Source of the DNA: Candidatus Buchananbacteria bacterium
GTDB taxonomy: Bacteria > Patescibacteriota > Patescibacteriia > Buchananbacterales > UBA6539
Direction of reading: 5' to 3'
NCBI GenBank assembly: GCA_041664165.1
Contig: JBAYLH010000001.1
Location: forward strand, 9,469 to 73,468
Length of the DNA: 64,000 nucleotides
Below are positions 18,166 through 28,865 of this stretch, piece after piece (position 1 is the stretch's first letter; each line of letters opens with the position of its first letter). A model generated the notes under the pieces. It made no database searches, was not told the DNA's origin, and saw only the letters and a program-made list of their open reading frames with translations. The position numbers and the translations under genes are program-made.

Positions 18166-19020
18166 TTATTTGAATTCTTTCAGTAACTCGCTAATTTCAA
18201 CTTTTTTAACTTCCTGTTTGACTAAGGTTTGCTTGGCCAGCTGGGGCAGCTGCTGCTCATAAGTCGGCCGGCTTTCTTGATATAAAACGCCGATCGGCAA
18301 TTTTTCAGTTTCACCGGCTTTGGCATAGGCGACCGCTTTATCGTTTGGCTGATAATTGCTTTCTTCAAGTTTGTAAACTTTGGCCCGATATTGTTCCCGC
18401 ACGTCTTTGCCGTTAAAAATCACGCAAGGCTGTAAAACATCAACCAAAGAAAAACCCGGATGCGAGATGGCTTTTTTGAATAATTCCTTGAGATGGACAA
18501 CTTCATCGGAATACCCCTGAGCGACAAAAGTGGCGCCCAAAGTAATGGCGACTTGCAAGCCGTTAAACGGATATTCGATTAAACCATCGGGCGTCGATTT
18601 GGTTTTTTCGCCATGACCGGTCGTCGGCGAAGCTTGGCCGGTGGTTAAGCTATAGCGATGGTTATTATGAATAATGTAAGTAATATCGATATTACCGCGG
18701 CAAGTATGGATAAAATGGTTGCCGCCTTCGCCGTAGCCCCCGCCATCGCCGGAAATCGCAATGACTTTTAAGTCGTGATTGGCTAATTTAACCGCATAAG
18801 CAACGGGCAACGGCCGGCCGTGCAGGCTGTGAAAGCCGTAAACTCGATGCCAGTTGGCGCCATTGCCGCAGCAGCCGATATCAAAACTCATTACCACTTG
18901 ATGCGGTTCCAAACTTAATTCCGCCAGCGCCTGCCGCAAAGCCGTCCAGATGCCGAAGTTGCCGCAACCGACGCACCAGGTCGGCTTAATTTTTGTCATG
19001 AAATCAGTATCTTTTGCCAT
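18166..19020 (-). CDS. 2-oxoacid:ferredoxin oxidoreductase beta subunit
   Basis: WCVGCGNFG, DIGCC, HSLHGR, TPP-binding GDGG...NN, LQPCVIFN. Confidence 0.92.
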   Translation of the reverse strand: MAKDTDFMTKIKPTWCVGCGNFGIWTALRQALAELSLEPHQVVMSFDIGCCGNGANWHRVYGFHSLHGRPLPVAYAVKLANHDLKVIAISGDGGGYGEGGNHFIHTCRGNIDITYIIHNNHRYSLTTGQASPTTGHGEKTKSTPDGLIEYPFNGLQVAITLGATFVAQGYSDEVVHLKELFKKAISHPGFSLVDVLQPCVIFNGKDVREQYRAKVYKLEESNYQPNDKAVAYAKAGETEKLPIGVLYQESRPTYEQQLPQLAKQTLVKQEVKKVEISELLKEFK

Positions 19021-19056
19021 ATTCCAAAATTTATAATTTTTAATTTATAATTTACT

Positions 19057-20808
19057 TTACAATTTACCAACCAATTCAACAATTTCTTCGGGAAAAAACT
19101 GCGCGCCATTATATTTAGTTAACCGCTGGTCGACGCTGATACCGGTTGCTTGCTGCAGTAAATTGGCCAGCTGAGCGGTTTGATTGTTTTCAATTGACAC
19201 TAATTTCTTTGCCCCTTTAACCGCCACTTTCATAGTCGCGGAATCAAGCGGCCAGGGAGCGGCAAGATGCAAATAGTTAACATCAGTTAATGATTTTAAG
19301 GCTTCCAAAACCGGGCCTTTGACCGAACCCCAGCCAACTAAAGTCAGCTTGGCAATAGCCGGGCCGAATAATTCCGGCTTAGGCAAATCAGCCAAAATGC
19401 CGGCTAACTTGGCGGCTCGTTTTTTTGCCATTTGGTTTCTGATTTCCGGCGTGAAACCTTCAATCGTAAAACCAAATTCGTCATGCTCATCAGAATTGAC
19501 TAAATGGACTCCGCCCGCTTGGCCGGGAATTGCCCGAGGCGAAACGCCGTCGGCAGTTATTTGGTAACGCTGATAATCAGTGATTTTAGCTAAATCAGCC
19601 TCGGTCAGAAGCTTACCGCGATTAATTTCAAATTTGGCCAAATCAGGTTCGACAATCGACTCATGGCCTTCCGAAATGTATTTATCAACCAAGACAAAAA
19701 CTGGAATCTGATATTTTTCCGCTAAATTAAACGCTTGAGTAGTTAAATAAAAGGCTTCGGTCGGATCACCGGGCGCTAAAACCACGCGCAAAAATTCGCC
19801 ATGGCCGGAATTGACGACATAAGCCAAATCGCCTTGTTCAGTCCAAGTCGGTAACCCGGTTGCCGGACCCGGCCGCTGCGATTCAATAATCACTAACGGC
19901 GTTTCGGTAATTCCGGCTAAAGACAAACCTTCGTTCATTAAAGCAAAGCCGCCGCCGGAAGTGCAAGTCATTGACCGAACGCCGGCGTACGCGGCACCGA
20001 TGGCCATGTGCATGGCGGAAATTTCATCTTCGGGATGCTTGACGACCATGTCGGTTTTTAAAGCCCAGCCGGCCAAAATTTGCAAAATCGAAGAGGCCGG
20101 CGTCATCGGATAAGCCGAAAAAAACTTACAGCCGCAAGCCACGGCAGCCAGACAAATCGTATCATTAGCCGTTACCACGATTGACTGATCATTTTTACCC
20201 TGCGCTTTGAGTTTGTAAGGAAACTTGTCCGCGTCTAAATTCTTTTTGGCGTAATCATAGCCGAATTTGGCCGCGGTCAGGTTCATAGCGACAACTTCTT
20301 CACCTTTACCAGCAAAGGTTTCTTTAATCACCTCGTTTAAAATCTCCAAATCATAATCAAGCAAAGCCGTGCAGGCGCCGGTGATAATAATGTTTGAAGC
20401 GATTGATTTAATCCCCGCTTCTTTCGCCAATTTTTCCAGCGGCAGCGGATAAATCTTTTTGCCATTGGCTTCGTCGGCCTTAATTTCAAACTCATCGCTA
20501 TCGTACAAAATAACGCCCTCAGCGGCCACATCGGCTAGACAATATTCAAAAGCTTCCCGAGTCAGAGCGATTAATAGCTGGTTTTTCTGATAAATTGAAT
20601 TGACCGGCTCTTGGCCGATACTTACCCGATAAGTGACTAGACCGCCCCGGATCCGCGACGGATACTCGGAACTGTCGAAAGTGTAAAGCCCACCATGAAC
20701 GCAGGCCTTGGTAAAAATTAAACCGGCCACCTGTTGTCCCCCGCCAGCAATGCCGCCGATTTTCCAGGTGAAGACCGGGTTATTTTTCGTATTTTTATCA
20801 TTTTTCAT
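19057..20808 (-). CDS. 2-oxoacid:ferredoxin oxidoreductase alpha subunit (gamma-alpha fusion)
   Basis: GGIAGGGQ, EYPSRIRGG, YPMTPAS, EDEISA, TSGGGF, QRPGPATGLPT. Confidence 0.92.
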   Translation of the reverse strand: MKNDKNTKNNPVFTWKIGGIAGGGQQVAGLIFTKACVHGGLYTFDSSEYPSRIRGGLVTYRVSIGQEPVNSIYQKNQLLIALTREAFEYCLADVAAEGVILYDSDEFEIKADEANGKKIYPLPLEKLAKEAGIKSIASNIIITGACTALLDYDLEILNEVIKETFAGKGEEVVAMNLTAAKFGYDYAKKNLDADKFPYKLKAQGKNDQSIVVTANDTICLAAVACGCKFFSAYPMTPASSILQILAGWALKTDMVVKHPEDEISAMHMAIGAAYAGVRSMTCTSGGGFALMNEGLSLAGITETPLVIIESQRPGPATGLPTWTEQGDLAYVVNSGHGEFLRVVLAPGDPTEAFYLTTQAFNLAEKYQIPVFVLVDKYISEGHESIVEPDLAKFEINRGKLLTEADLAKITDYQRYQITADGVSPRAIPGQAGGVHLVNSDEHDEFGFTIEGFTPEIRNQMAKKRAAKLAGILADLPKPELFGPAIAKLTLVGWGSVKGPVLEALKSLTDVNYLHLAAPWPLDSATMKVAVKGAKKLVSIENNQTAQLANLLQQATGISVDQRLTKYNGAQFFPEEIVELVGKL

Positions 20809-20885
20809 ACTTTGATATTTTATCACAGTAAAATTAGAATTAAAAGGGTAAATAATTTTTAATTTCTAGTTCGCCATTAATCATT

Positions 20886-22244
20886 CTAATATTGCAAAAC
20901 CATTTTCGGCTCTTTGGCTTTTTCAAACTGATGACAAGTAACTTTGGCGATGTTATAAGTCCCGAATTTCGGCGCTTCCAAAAAACCCTGCATCGCCGCT
21001 TCGGCAAACCAGCCCGACTCCACCCAGTCTAAAATCCATTCGTTGGCGTATTTCGGATTATCCTGGGAAACGCCGGAGCCGATGGTTCTCAGCCACTTGC
21101 GATTGAATTCTTCCTGCGAGCCGATCGGCGGCGCCATCACAATCGGTATTCCCAAAGCGCCATAAAAACTCAATTCCGACGGTTTGGTCCATAAAATGTC
21201 GGTTGTCCTCAAGGCCGAATTGAATTTTCTAAAGTAATCCTGCTTATTGGAAGCAAAAATAATTTTTATTCCCCGGTTAATTTCATTGCCCAAACCGGCA
21301 CTTTTGGCCGCCGTTCGAAAAAATTGGTTGACTTCGTTATGAATTCCGGCCACCATAACTAACCGGATTTTTTTGCCGCTGATTTCCCGTTTTAAGCTGT
21401 TGATTATTTGCGCGCCGATTTCCCGCTGGGCGGCGGCACCGCCGACGGAAAACATCAAAGTCAAAGGATGATTGCTTTTTTTCGGCAACGATTTGATGCC
21501 CAAACGATCCTGAATAACTTGTTTATATAAATTCCAGTAGCGGCGCTGAGGATCCAAATTGGCCAGCCTTTGAACCAAATCGGATTTTAAAACGTCGAGT
21601 TTTTCACTGCCGATATTTTCCAACGGCAACGGAAAGCCGGTTAAAAAAATCCTTTCCGGCAAAACGCCGTAAAGCTTGAGCCTTTCCACCACCCGGTAAT
21701 TGCTGGCTAAATAATTAATCCGGCTTTTAGCCGGACATTTCGGCACCCAGGCTCGGCTGATATCGGCGTCCGTTGTCAAACAATAAATTTCCCCGGGATA
21801 ATCAAAAACTTCCGCCATAAAAGCCGGAATAAAAAAAGTGGCAACCAGCGGCAGCGGCTTTTTGGCCAGTTTGTTGATTAAGTGCTTTCCCCATTGCCGG
21901 CCTTCAATCAAGCTGTAAATATTTTTAACCTGAAAACTTAGCTTGGAAAGATCGCGCTTGGGATAAAATTTCGGAATTTCCTGCAAACTGTCGTAGATAT
22001 CCCAAACTACCGGGCCAATAATGGGAATTTGTTTGAACCGGGAAATGAATTCGTAAAACTTTCTGGTTTCCTGCCAAATCCTCCGATCAGCCGCCGGAAT
22101 GCCCGGATAAGTGTTGGCCGTAACAATTTTATTGCCCAAAGCCAGATATTTTAAAGGATAAGCCGCCCGCTGATGGCCATAGCCCATGTCAACGGAAACG
22201 ACCCAGACTTTAGGACATTTTTTGTCAGTTTTAACTTTTGCCAT
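20886..22244 (-). CDS. GT-B fold glycosyltransferase-like protein (MGDG synthase-like)
   Basis: DMGYGHQRAA, TGFPLP, LWTKPSEL, PPIGSQEEFN. Confidence 0.7.
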   Translation of the reverse strand: MAKVKTDKKCPKVWVVSVDMGYGHQRAAYPLKYLALGNKIVTANTYPGIPAADRRIWQETRKFYEFISRFKQIPIIGPVVWDIYDSLQEIPKFYPKRDLSKLSFQVKNIYSLIEGRQWGKHLINKLAKKPLPLVATFFIPAFMAEVFDYPGEIYCLTTDADISRAWVPKCPAKSRINYLASNYRVVERLKLYGVLPERIFLTGFPLPLENIGSEKLDVLKSDLVQRLANLDPQRRYWNLYKQVIQDRLGIKSLPKKSNHPLTLMFSVGGAAAQREIGAQIINSLKREISGKKIRLVMVAGIHNEVNQFFRTAAKSAGLGNEINRGIKIIFASNKQDYFRKFNSALRTTDILWTKPSELSFYGALGIPIVMAPPIGSQEEFNRKWLRTIGSGVSQDNPKYANEWILDWVESGWFAEAAMQGFLEAPKFGTYNIAKVTCHQFEKAKEPKMVLQY

Positions 22245-23373
22245 ATAAATTTATTTTACCAAAAATTTTAATAAAAAATAAGGCTAAAAATAAAAAGATT
22301 AAAGGCAAAAAGCCGGCAATAATCCCCCTCAAATCAGCAAAACTAAAGTCGGCAAAATAGATTCTAAAAATATTCAAATGGTTGGCAAAAATAAACGACA
22401 GCCAGGACGAAACCGTAACTACCGGCCAAAACCAGAACAACAGCCATTGGCTAAGTTTGATTTTTTTGATTAACAGCAAAACGAGTGTCGCTAAAACGAA
22501 TAAGGGGAAAATTAAGACTAGCCCGTCGTTTCTAGTCCAGACGCTGAAAGCCATTGCAATGCCGGAAAAATAAAAAAAGGAATTGCCGCGGCCGGTCAAA
22601 TAGTAAAAAAAGTTGGCTAACGTTAAAAATAAAAAAATGGCAAAAACCCAGTCAACGGCAGTGGCGCCGAAATAAAAAAACAGCAACGGCAAATTGCTCA
22701 AAAAATAAACCGATAGCAGCTTTGCAAACCGGCTGATTTTTTTGGGTAAGGAAGTATAAAAAACCGCCAAAATTATGAAATAATAAAAAATTACTAGAAA
22801 TTTTGAATAATCAGCAGTAAATCGGCCAGCCATTTCCGCTAGCCAAACCTGCGCCAGGCTGCCATTCAAAGGATAATTTTTTAGCCCAATTTCGGCCAAG
22901 CTGATAGTTTTGGCATTAAAAATCAACTGGGCGGAATTATCGGCGGCTGAATTGACATTTACCTGCCAAACAAAAATACCGGAAACTAAAAAACTCAAAG
23001 CCAAAATTACTAAAATTAAATATTCATTTTTTGACCAACTTAAAAAATTATTTTTCTGGCGGGAAAAAAAAGTACCGACATTTTCAAACTTGGGCCATAA
23101 AAGTTTTCGCTCAAACAAAAAAATCACTGCCTCTAAACCGAAAACCTGGCTAATGACAGAAAAATAAAAAAGCCAGGGATTAAGTTTGAACCCGCCAAAA
23201 ACATTAGCGGAAAAAAGGTCAATCGTAAAAGCGGCTAAGCCAAAAATCCAGCCGGCAAAAAACTTGAAGCCGAAATCAAAATTCTTCGCCCGATCAATGA
23301 CATAAACCAAAAGATAGCCCCGCGGCCAAATCAAAATTAAGGCTAAAATTAATTTAAACCAAAGGTAATTCAT
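22231..23373 (-). CDS. Polytopic membrane protein, GT-C-like
   Basis: Many TM helices with NYPL and WTRNDG motifs; overlaps the downstream glycosyltransferase gene. Confidence 0.6.
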   Translation of the reverse strand: MNYLWFKLILALILIWPRGYLLVYVIDRAKNFDFGFKFFAGWIFGLAAFTIDLFSANVFGGFKLNPWLFYFSVISQVFGLEAVIFLFERKLLWPKFENVGTFFSRQKNNFLSWSKNEYLILVILALSFLVSGIFVWQVNVNSAADNSAQLIFNAKTISLAEIGLKNYPLNGSLAQVWLAEMAGRFTADYSKFLVIFYYFIILAVFYTSLPKKISRFAKLLSVYFLSNLPLLFFYFGATAVDWVFAIFLFLTLANFFYYLTGRGNSFFYFSGIAMAFSVWTRNDGLVLIFPLFVLATLVLLLIKKIKLSQWLLFWFWPVVTVSSWLSFIFANHLNIFRIYFADFSFADLRGIIAGFLPLIFLFLALFFIKIFGKINLYGKS

Positions 23374-23426
23374 CTCTTTTATTTTACCTTATTTGGCCTA
23401 ATAAAAAAAGGAGTTGCTTGCATTTA

Positions 23427-23870
23427 TCATAAAGCAGCAACTCCTGGTAAATCCCCCTCTGACTTCATTATGCCGACTTCGGCATTAATCTCCTTTGGTG
23501 AAACCAAAGCCTTACTTGACAGCTGGCGTTTGAGCCTGACCCGGCGCTCGGCCTCCAAAACAATGGCGATAAAAGCCGGGTTTTGCGGCAACAATCCGAA
23601 CCGAGCCCGGTCTTTGATGGTAACCAACACCAGCAGCATGCTCATCGCATTAAACTCAAAACTGAATCCCAGTTTTTTGAGTGCCAGTTGGACTTCACAC
23701 AGATTCGCTTCCAATAACACCGGATCAACTTCCTGCAGAAGTCGTTTCTTGGCTATTGCCAGATAAACGGGTGAGACCCCCAGCCGATACCAGTGTTCCT
23801 CTTCGGTAAGACGAGCGGTCAGCAAACGTGATCCAGCTTTCAGCATGCCACTTATTTGAGTACCTCCCAT
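23427..23870 (-). CDS. Hypothetical orphan protein
   Basis: Strong SD (GGAAGGAGGGAG) and a hairpin over the stop (aggagttgct/agcaactcct). Confidence 0.55.
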   Translation of the reverse strand: MGGTQISGMLKAGSRLLTARLTEEEHWYRLGVSPVYLAIAKKRLLQEVDPVLLEANLCEVQLALKKLGFSFEFNAMSMLLVLVTIKDRARFGLLPQNPAFIAIVLEAERRVRLKRQLSSKALVSPKEINAEVGIMKSEGDLPGVAAL

Positions 23871-24020
23871 TACGACTCCCTCCTTCCTTCCCTTAAGCTA
23901 ATTATGGCCACGGCAACTTACGATAATATAACAAAAAGTTTTTCAAGTTTCAAGAGCTTGTCATCCAAAACTAATCGCTAATTTCTTGCCTTAATTCTGA
24001 TTAGAAACTATAATTATTCC

Positions 24021-24638
24021 ATGATTACGATAATTATCGATTTTTTAACCAATTTAGTTATCCAAATAATCGGCATTATCGGCTATGCCGGAATTTTTTT
24101 ATTAATGCTGGCCGAAAGCGGCGGCGTACCGATGCCGTCAGAAGTGATTATGCCGTTTTCCGGCTTTCTGGTCGAGGCCGGAAAAATGAATTTTTGGACG
24201 GTAGTTTTAATCGGTACGCTGGGAAATTTAGCCGGTTCCCTTCTAGCTTACTGGATTGGTAAGGCCGGCGGCCGGCCATTAATTGAAAAATGGGGAAAAT
24301 ATATTTTGATTTCAAAACACGACTTGGATTTAGCCGATCACTGGTTTGGCCGCTGGGGCAATTTAACCGTGTTTTTCGGCCGGCTCTTGCCGGTGGTCAG
24401 GACTTATATTTCTTTTCCGGCCGGGATCGCCAAAATGGACCTTAAAAAGTTCAGCTTCTATACTTTCATTGGTGCCCTGCCTTGGTGCATTCTCTTTACC
24501 TGGCTCGGGGTTAAAATGGGCGCTAACTGGGATTTAGTCCGGCAAAAACTCCATAACTTTGATCTGGCAATATTAATTTTAGTAATTTTAATAATTGCTT
24601 TATACGTCTGGCGACATTTGAAAAATAGAAATAAGTAA
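24021..24638 (+). CDS. dedA: DedA family membrane protein
   Basis: ESGGVPMPSEVIMPFSG and FFGRLLPVVRTYISFPAG. Confidence 0.92.
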   Translation: MITIIIDFLTNLVIQIIGIIGYAGIFLLMLAESGGVPMPSEVIMPFSGFLVEAGKMNFWTVVLIGTLGNLAGSLLAYWIGKAGGRPLIEKWGKYILISKHDLDLADHWFGRWGNLTVFFGRLLPVVRTYISFPAGIAKMDLKKFSFYTFIGALPWCILFTWLGVKMGANWDLVRQKLHNFDLAILILVILIIALYVWRHLKNRNK

Positions 24639-24654
24639 ACTAAATTTCGGTAAC

Positions 24655-24686
24655 TAAAAGAGTCCCGCTGAATCGGGACTCTTTTA
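24655..24686. terminator. Bidirectional terminator
   Basis: taaaagagtcccg-(loop)-cgggactctttta between convergent dedA and hup. Confidence 0.8.
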
Positions 24687-24706
24687 TGATGTAAAACTTT
24701 AGTCGT

Positions 24707-24988
24707 TTATAAGACTGCTTCTTTGGCAGCTTTGGCAACGCGGAATTTCACCACGGTTTTAGCCGGAATCTGGATGGTGGCGCCAGTGGCAGGATTGCGG
24801 CCGACTCTGGCTTTGCGAGCGACTTTAACTAATTTGCCAATTCCCGGCACGACAAATTCACCGCTACCTTTGACCTCTTTGTAGGCCAATTCTACCATTT
24901 TGTCCAAGATAGTAGTAACATCTTTTTTGCTTAACTCAGCGCTTTCTGCCAAGGCGGCAAGCAACTGAGCTTTAGACATCTTTGCCAT
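24707..24988 (-). CDS. hup: HU family DNA-binding protein
   Basis: PGIGKL, RKARVGRNPATG, IPAKTVVKFR. Confidence 0.92.
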   Translation of the reverse strand: MAKMSKAQLLAALAESAELSKKDVTTILDKMVELAYKEVKGSGEFVVPGIGKLVKVARKARVGRNPATGATIQIPAKTVVKFRVAKAAKEAVL

Positions 24989-25134
24989 AAGTTTTTATTA
25001 CTTATTAAATAATTATTAGCTTATAGATACATTATACATCAAACTTTTAGAAAAGCCAATAAAACCAAGGGGTTTGAAATAAAATCAACTTTGCCAGACC
25101 ATTTTAAAAATATCAAAATTAGAATACTCGCTCA

Positions 25135-25728
25135 TTAAACCAAATTTTGAGACAATTTACCTTGTCTTTTAAACCCTAACTTTATGGCCGCTAAAATTAC
25201 CAAACCCGCCAAACAAATATAAAAAGGAAAAGCCAGCAAAATAAAATCAAGCCGGCCAACCGCGATACAAGCTAAAAAACCGCCGAGAGCCGTCAGCACC
25301 CAGGCGCTGGCTGTTTCGGTCGCTGGGCTTTGGTAAGATTTTACTACCGTTAAAACCACGCCGATGGCATCGACAAAAATCACCAAAAACAGGGCAATGG
25401 CGGCTTCGCTGGTTAAATACCAAAACCATAGGCTAATGCCGGCACCGACTAACGAAATAATGTCTCTTTTCATCAAACCGCCAATCCCATATTTAACGGC
25501 TAAAATAAAAATAAACAAATCCCCAATCGCCTGCACTCCGGTCAGAATTAAAGAATAAGACGCGCCTTTGGCCAATTGGGAAAAAAAAGAAATCAACCCC
25601 AATATTGCCCAGATTAACCATGACGTTCGCTGAGGTTTTGTCCGGCACCGAAAAATGTCTTTGAGATAAGGCCAAAAAGACAATAAAATTACTAGCCCCG
25701 CTAAATATCCCGCTGTTTCGCTGATCAT
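25135..25728 (-). CDS. Membrane protein, PQ-loop-like
   Basis: PYLKDI...TKPQRTSWLIW and KSYQSPATET..AW. Start uncertain (25728 or 25773). Confidence 0.6.
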   Translation of the reverse strand: MISETAGYLAGLVILLSFWPYLKDIFRCRTKPQRTSWLIWAILGLISFFSQLAKGASYSLILTGVQAIGDLFIFILAVKYGIGGLMKRDIISLVGAGISLWFWYLTSEAAIALFLVIFVDAIGVVLTVVKSYQSPATETASAWVLTALGGFLACIAVGRLDFILLAFPFYICLAGLVILAAIKLGFKRQGKLSQNLV

Positions 25729-25781
25729 ATTATTTACGCTGTTCTGATCAAATTGAGATGCCATGACTGCCATCTCGAAAT

Positions 25782-26765
25782 TTAAAGCAAACCTATTCTG
25801 ATAAAAAATTTTAAATACGGTATTTGTTTTGCCAATTCATCCAATAAAATAACGTATTTTTCCAATGAATTTTCAGTCAGCTCAGGAAAATGTTCTTTTA
25901 AATCTTGCAACAGAAAATTTCTAATATCTTCCAAAGTTTTGCGCTTGGCACTGTCAGCCTCGGTATAAACATTTTCAACCAAACCAAGGTCAATTGAAGT
26001 GATATTCGCTTTTGCCCAAAGCAAATTGGTGCTGCCCTCGTCAACCGAAAAAGAAAAAAAGTTCGTACCATCCCAATCCAAATAAACTCGGCTGCGTTTC
26101 TGCGTATTGGTCAGTATATGGCGCAGCTGGTAAGGATCAACTTTAATCGCATTAAAAGAATTTTTAAAATCTGTCCGCTGATTACTGGCGACAAAACCGA
26201 TCGGCGCAATTCTATCGTTAAAATCATTTGAAGATTGATCAATGGCTTGGGTTTGGAATTTCAGCTCCGTTCTGGTATCAAATTGTCCCGGCGGCGTTAC
26301 CTTGATTTGAACCAGCTCTCTGCCGCTTTTTGCATCAGTTGGGTCAGTGGTGTTAATTCGTAAGCGATGCCGCGCGCTATTGTTGTTTTTATATAGATCA
26401 AGACTTGCGGTATCAAAATAATCATCGGTAAAGATACTGATGTCATCACGTTGCTCACCCTTTAAATTCAGCTCGGGAAAAGCCTGGCTTAATTTCTCAT
26501 TTGATTTAACATAAGTATTGCGAAGATAATCATAAACCTCCTGTGCCTTGCCCTGAGGAATATTAAGGGTGATTTGACTATCAACTCGGGCGGCATTAGT
26601 GCCAAACCCCTCCGAGGAATGCGAGCTTTGGTCGAAAGGATTGTTTATTTTTTGATCGCTACCTGGCTGCTGCGCCCAAAGGTAATAAAAGACACCAAGC
26701 AGCAATAGTAAAAATATAGAAACGGAAAGTACTAATTTTAATTTTTTATTCATATTTTTAAACAT
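25782..26765 (-). CDS. Membrane-anchored CYTH/VTC-like protein
   Basis: N-terminal TM helix; DDYFDT..LDLY...SARHRLR, QIK, RTELKF, C-terminal KY. Confidence 0.55.
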   Translation of the reverse strand: MFKNMNKKLKLVLSVSIFLLLLLGVFYYLWAQQPGSDQKINNPFDQSSHSSEGFGTNAARVDSQITLNIPQGKAQEVYDYLRNTYVKSNEKLSQAFPELNLKGEQRDDISIFTDDYFDTASLDLYKNNNSARHRLRINTTDPTDAKSGRELVQIKVTPPGQFDTRTELKFQTQAIDQSSNDFNDRIAPIGFVASNQRTDFKNSFNAIKVDPYQLRHILTNTQKRSRVYLDWDGTNFFSFSVDEGSTNLLWAKANITSIDLGLVENVYTEADSAKRKTLEDIRNFLLQDLKEHFPELTENSLEKYVILLDELAKQIPYLKFFIRIGLL

Positions 26766-26860
26766 TATAATTATGGCCTAATTCTACCATAAAATCCGAA
26801 TAACGTTAATGTTTTAAATAAAAAAAATCCTCCTAACACTTGGCTAGGAGGAGCTTAACT

Positions 26861-28699
26861 TTAGCGCGCAACCTTCACCGATGCCAAACTCCCGGCAATC
26901 GTCGGCTCGTTGGAGCAAGGATTGCATAGCGGCGGCTCGACACCGCTTGGTATCAGGATTGCCAGCACTTCGGTCAAGTTGGCGTCGTGGTAGTCAGTTT
27001 CGATGTCGCACAAAAACGTACTATCCGCGTTAATAGTCGTCAACGGCCGGTTCAAGTATGGCTTGATCCACCAAGACCCGTAAGCCTTGATGTAAACCGC
27101 TACCCGGCAATCAGCGGGGTTGACGCCACTCACCTTGCCTTGCATCAGGCTAGTACTGCCGGCTGGCGGCAAATAGGTGATTTCAATGCTCGGCACCGTT
27201 ATTATCGGCGGCCAGATTGGCACTGCCAACTGCCAGCCAAAGTCGCTGACCGTTACCACGGTTTCGCTGTTATTTTGCGGACCGTTGTTATCGCTCAACC
27301 ACAGGTTGAAGTGAAATGCCTCATTGCCCGGAACTGGAATGGCTTCCCGGTCATACACCCAGGAACGCACCAGTTTTTCGGCTGGCGGCAAATTCGCCAA
27401 GGTATAGCGGCCGTAATAGGTCCGAAATTCGACATAAGTCGACTGCCACACCAAATAGTGGGTAATGTCCGGCGCCGCGTCCGGCAGCGTAACGTAATAA
27501 CGCTGGACCATGCCCAGCCAAAACGGGTTGATGGCAAACTGGGCGTTATCCGAATCGTTTGCGTTCCCCCACCGGCTGAACTCGAAGTCGAACTCCTTGT
27601 GCTTGATCATTTTCTCCGCATCCGACCAGGTAAAAAGGCCGAAAGTCAGATTCGGATCAAGTAGGTCAACGCGGCCGTGAGTCGAAAAGCAGTAAGTACC
27701 GTAGCCCAAGGATTCTTCGAGAAAAACCTCGCTGCAGTACCAATTGCCGCCAAGTTGGCGCAGGGCCAAATTGATGCCCGAGGAGTCTATCCAGACGCTG
27801 TTTTCCGTGTCGGAGAAGAAGTTCTGGCCCGGATCAATCCGTTGTCCCTCGTCGCTTCGCTTGACCGTCCATGTTCGGCCGGCAAAAGGAATCCGGCGAA
27901 TCGGCAAAATCACTTTCTTGAGCACCGCCGTGACGGTTCGATTGGCCGTCATCGTGGTCGTCGTCGGATTGGCATGAATGTTTGCGACATTGCCAGTCCA
28001 GTAATCAAATTGCCAGCCTTCGGCCGGGTTCGCTTTAACCGTAACTACGGTTCCTTGGTTATAGCGAGCGCTTGACGGCACCACCTCGCCAGATCCGCTC
28101 GGACTAACCATCGTGGTCAGCAAATACGTTGTCGGATTGACCGTAACAAATACCGCCGTGATCGTCCGATTGGCCGTCATCGCCAGCGTCGTCGGATTGG
28201 TAGAAACGTCGGCAACCTCGCCGGTCCAATGGTCAAACTGCCAGCCAGCGGCTGGACTTGCCGTCAAGCTAATCTCTTGGCCGTAAGCAAAAGTGCCACT
28301 GGCCGGGTGGACTGAGCCGCCGTTCGAAGGAACCGCCGCCGTATTCAACTCAACCTCGGCCGGCGGTTCGGTGATGGTAACATTAACCATCTGCTGATCG
28401 ACAATGCCGATGGGGCCATTGAGCATCAGGAAAAAACTGCTCTTTCCAACTTGCCCCATCGCCCTAACCGACATCGTGTTGCCAGTGATACCAACCTGGA
28501 CATATTGGCTGTCAATACCAGTCACACTCCAGGTCAAAATCCGACCAGCGCCGTTTTGGATGTGACCACTCAAGTTGATAGTACTTTCGCCCATCGGCGT
28601 CAGCACTAAATCTGAAACAGGCGGAGAAATCTTGGTCGGATGAGGGCACCCCGCCAAAGCCAACATCACAACGATTACTACCAACATTTTCTTGTACAT
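26861..28699 (-). CDS. Lipoprotein with two InlB-B-type repeats and a GH16-like glycoside hydrolase domain
   Basis: Lipobox LAGC; two repeats with (A)xPxxGWQFDxWTG; GH16 catalytic motif EFDFE followed by FSRWG. Confidence 0.75.
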   Translation of the reverse strand: MYKKMLVVIVVMLALAGCPHPTKISPPVSDLVLTPMGESTINLSGHIQNGAGRILTWSVTGIDSQYVQVGITGNTMSVRAMGQVGKSSFFLMLNGPIGIVDQQMVNVTITEPPAEVELNTAAVPSNGGSVHPASGTFAYGQEISLTASPAAGWQFDHWTGEVADVSTNPTTLAMTANRTITAVFVTVNPTTYLLTTMVSPSGSGEVVPSSARYNQGTVVTVKANPAEGWQFDYWTGNVANIHANPTTTTMTANRTVTAVLKKVILPIRRIPFAGRTWTVKRSDEGQRIDPGQNFFSDTENSVWIDSSGINLALRQLGGNWYCSEVFLEESLGYGTYCFSTHGRVDLLDPNLTFGLFTWSDAEKMIKHKEFDFEFSRWGNANDSDNAQFAINPFWLGMVQRYYVTLPDAAPDITHYLVWQSTYVEFRTYYGRYTLANLPPAEKLVRSWVYDREAIPVPGNEAFHFNLWLSDNNGPQNNSETVVTVSDFGWQLAVPIWPPIITVPSIEITYLPPAGSTSLMQGKVSGVNPADCRVAVYIKAYGSWWIKPYLNRPLTTINADSTFLCDIETDYHDANLTEVLAILIPSGVEPPLCNPCSNEPTIAGSLASVKVAR

Positions 28700-28865
28700 C
28701 TTTCAAACTCCTTGTCCTGTTGCTCCACGTTTTACTACTAATAACTCAGCCAAACCTCTCACCATCGGTATACTCCAAAAAAAATTAATTGTCAAACCAA
28801 AAAAGACCAATAAAACCCGGCCTGTTTGGTACCAAAAAACCGCCCCTTCAAGGCGATTTTCCGTA

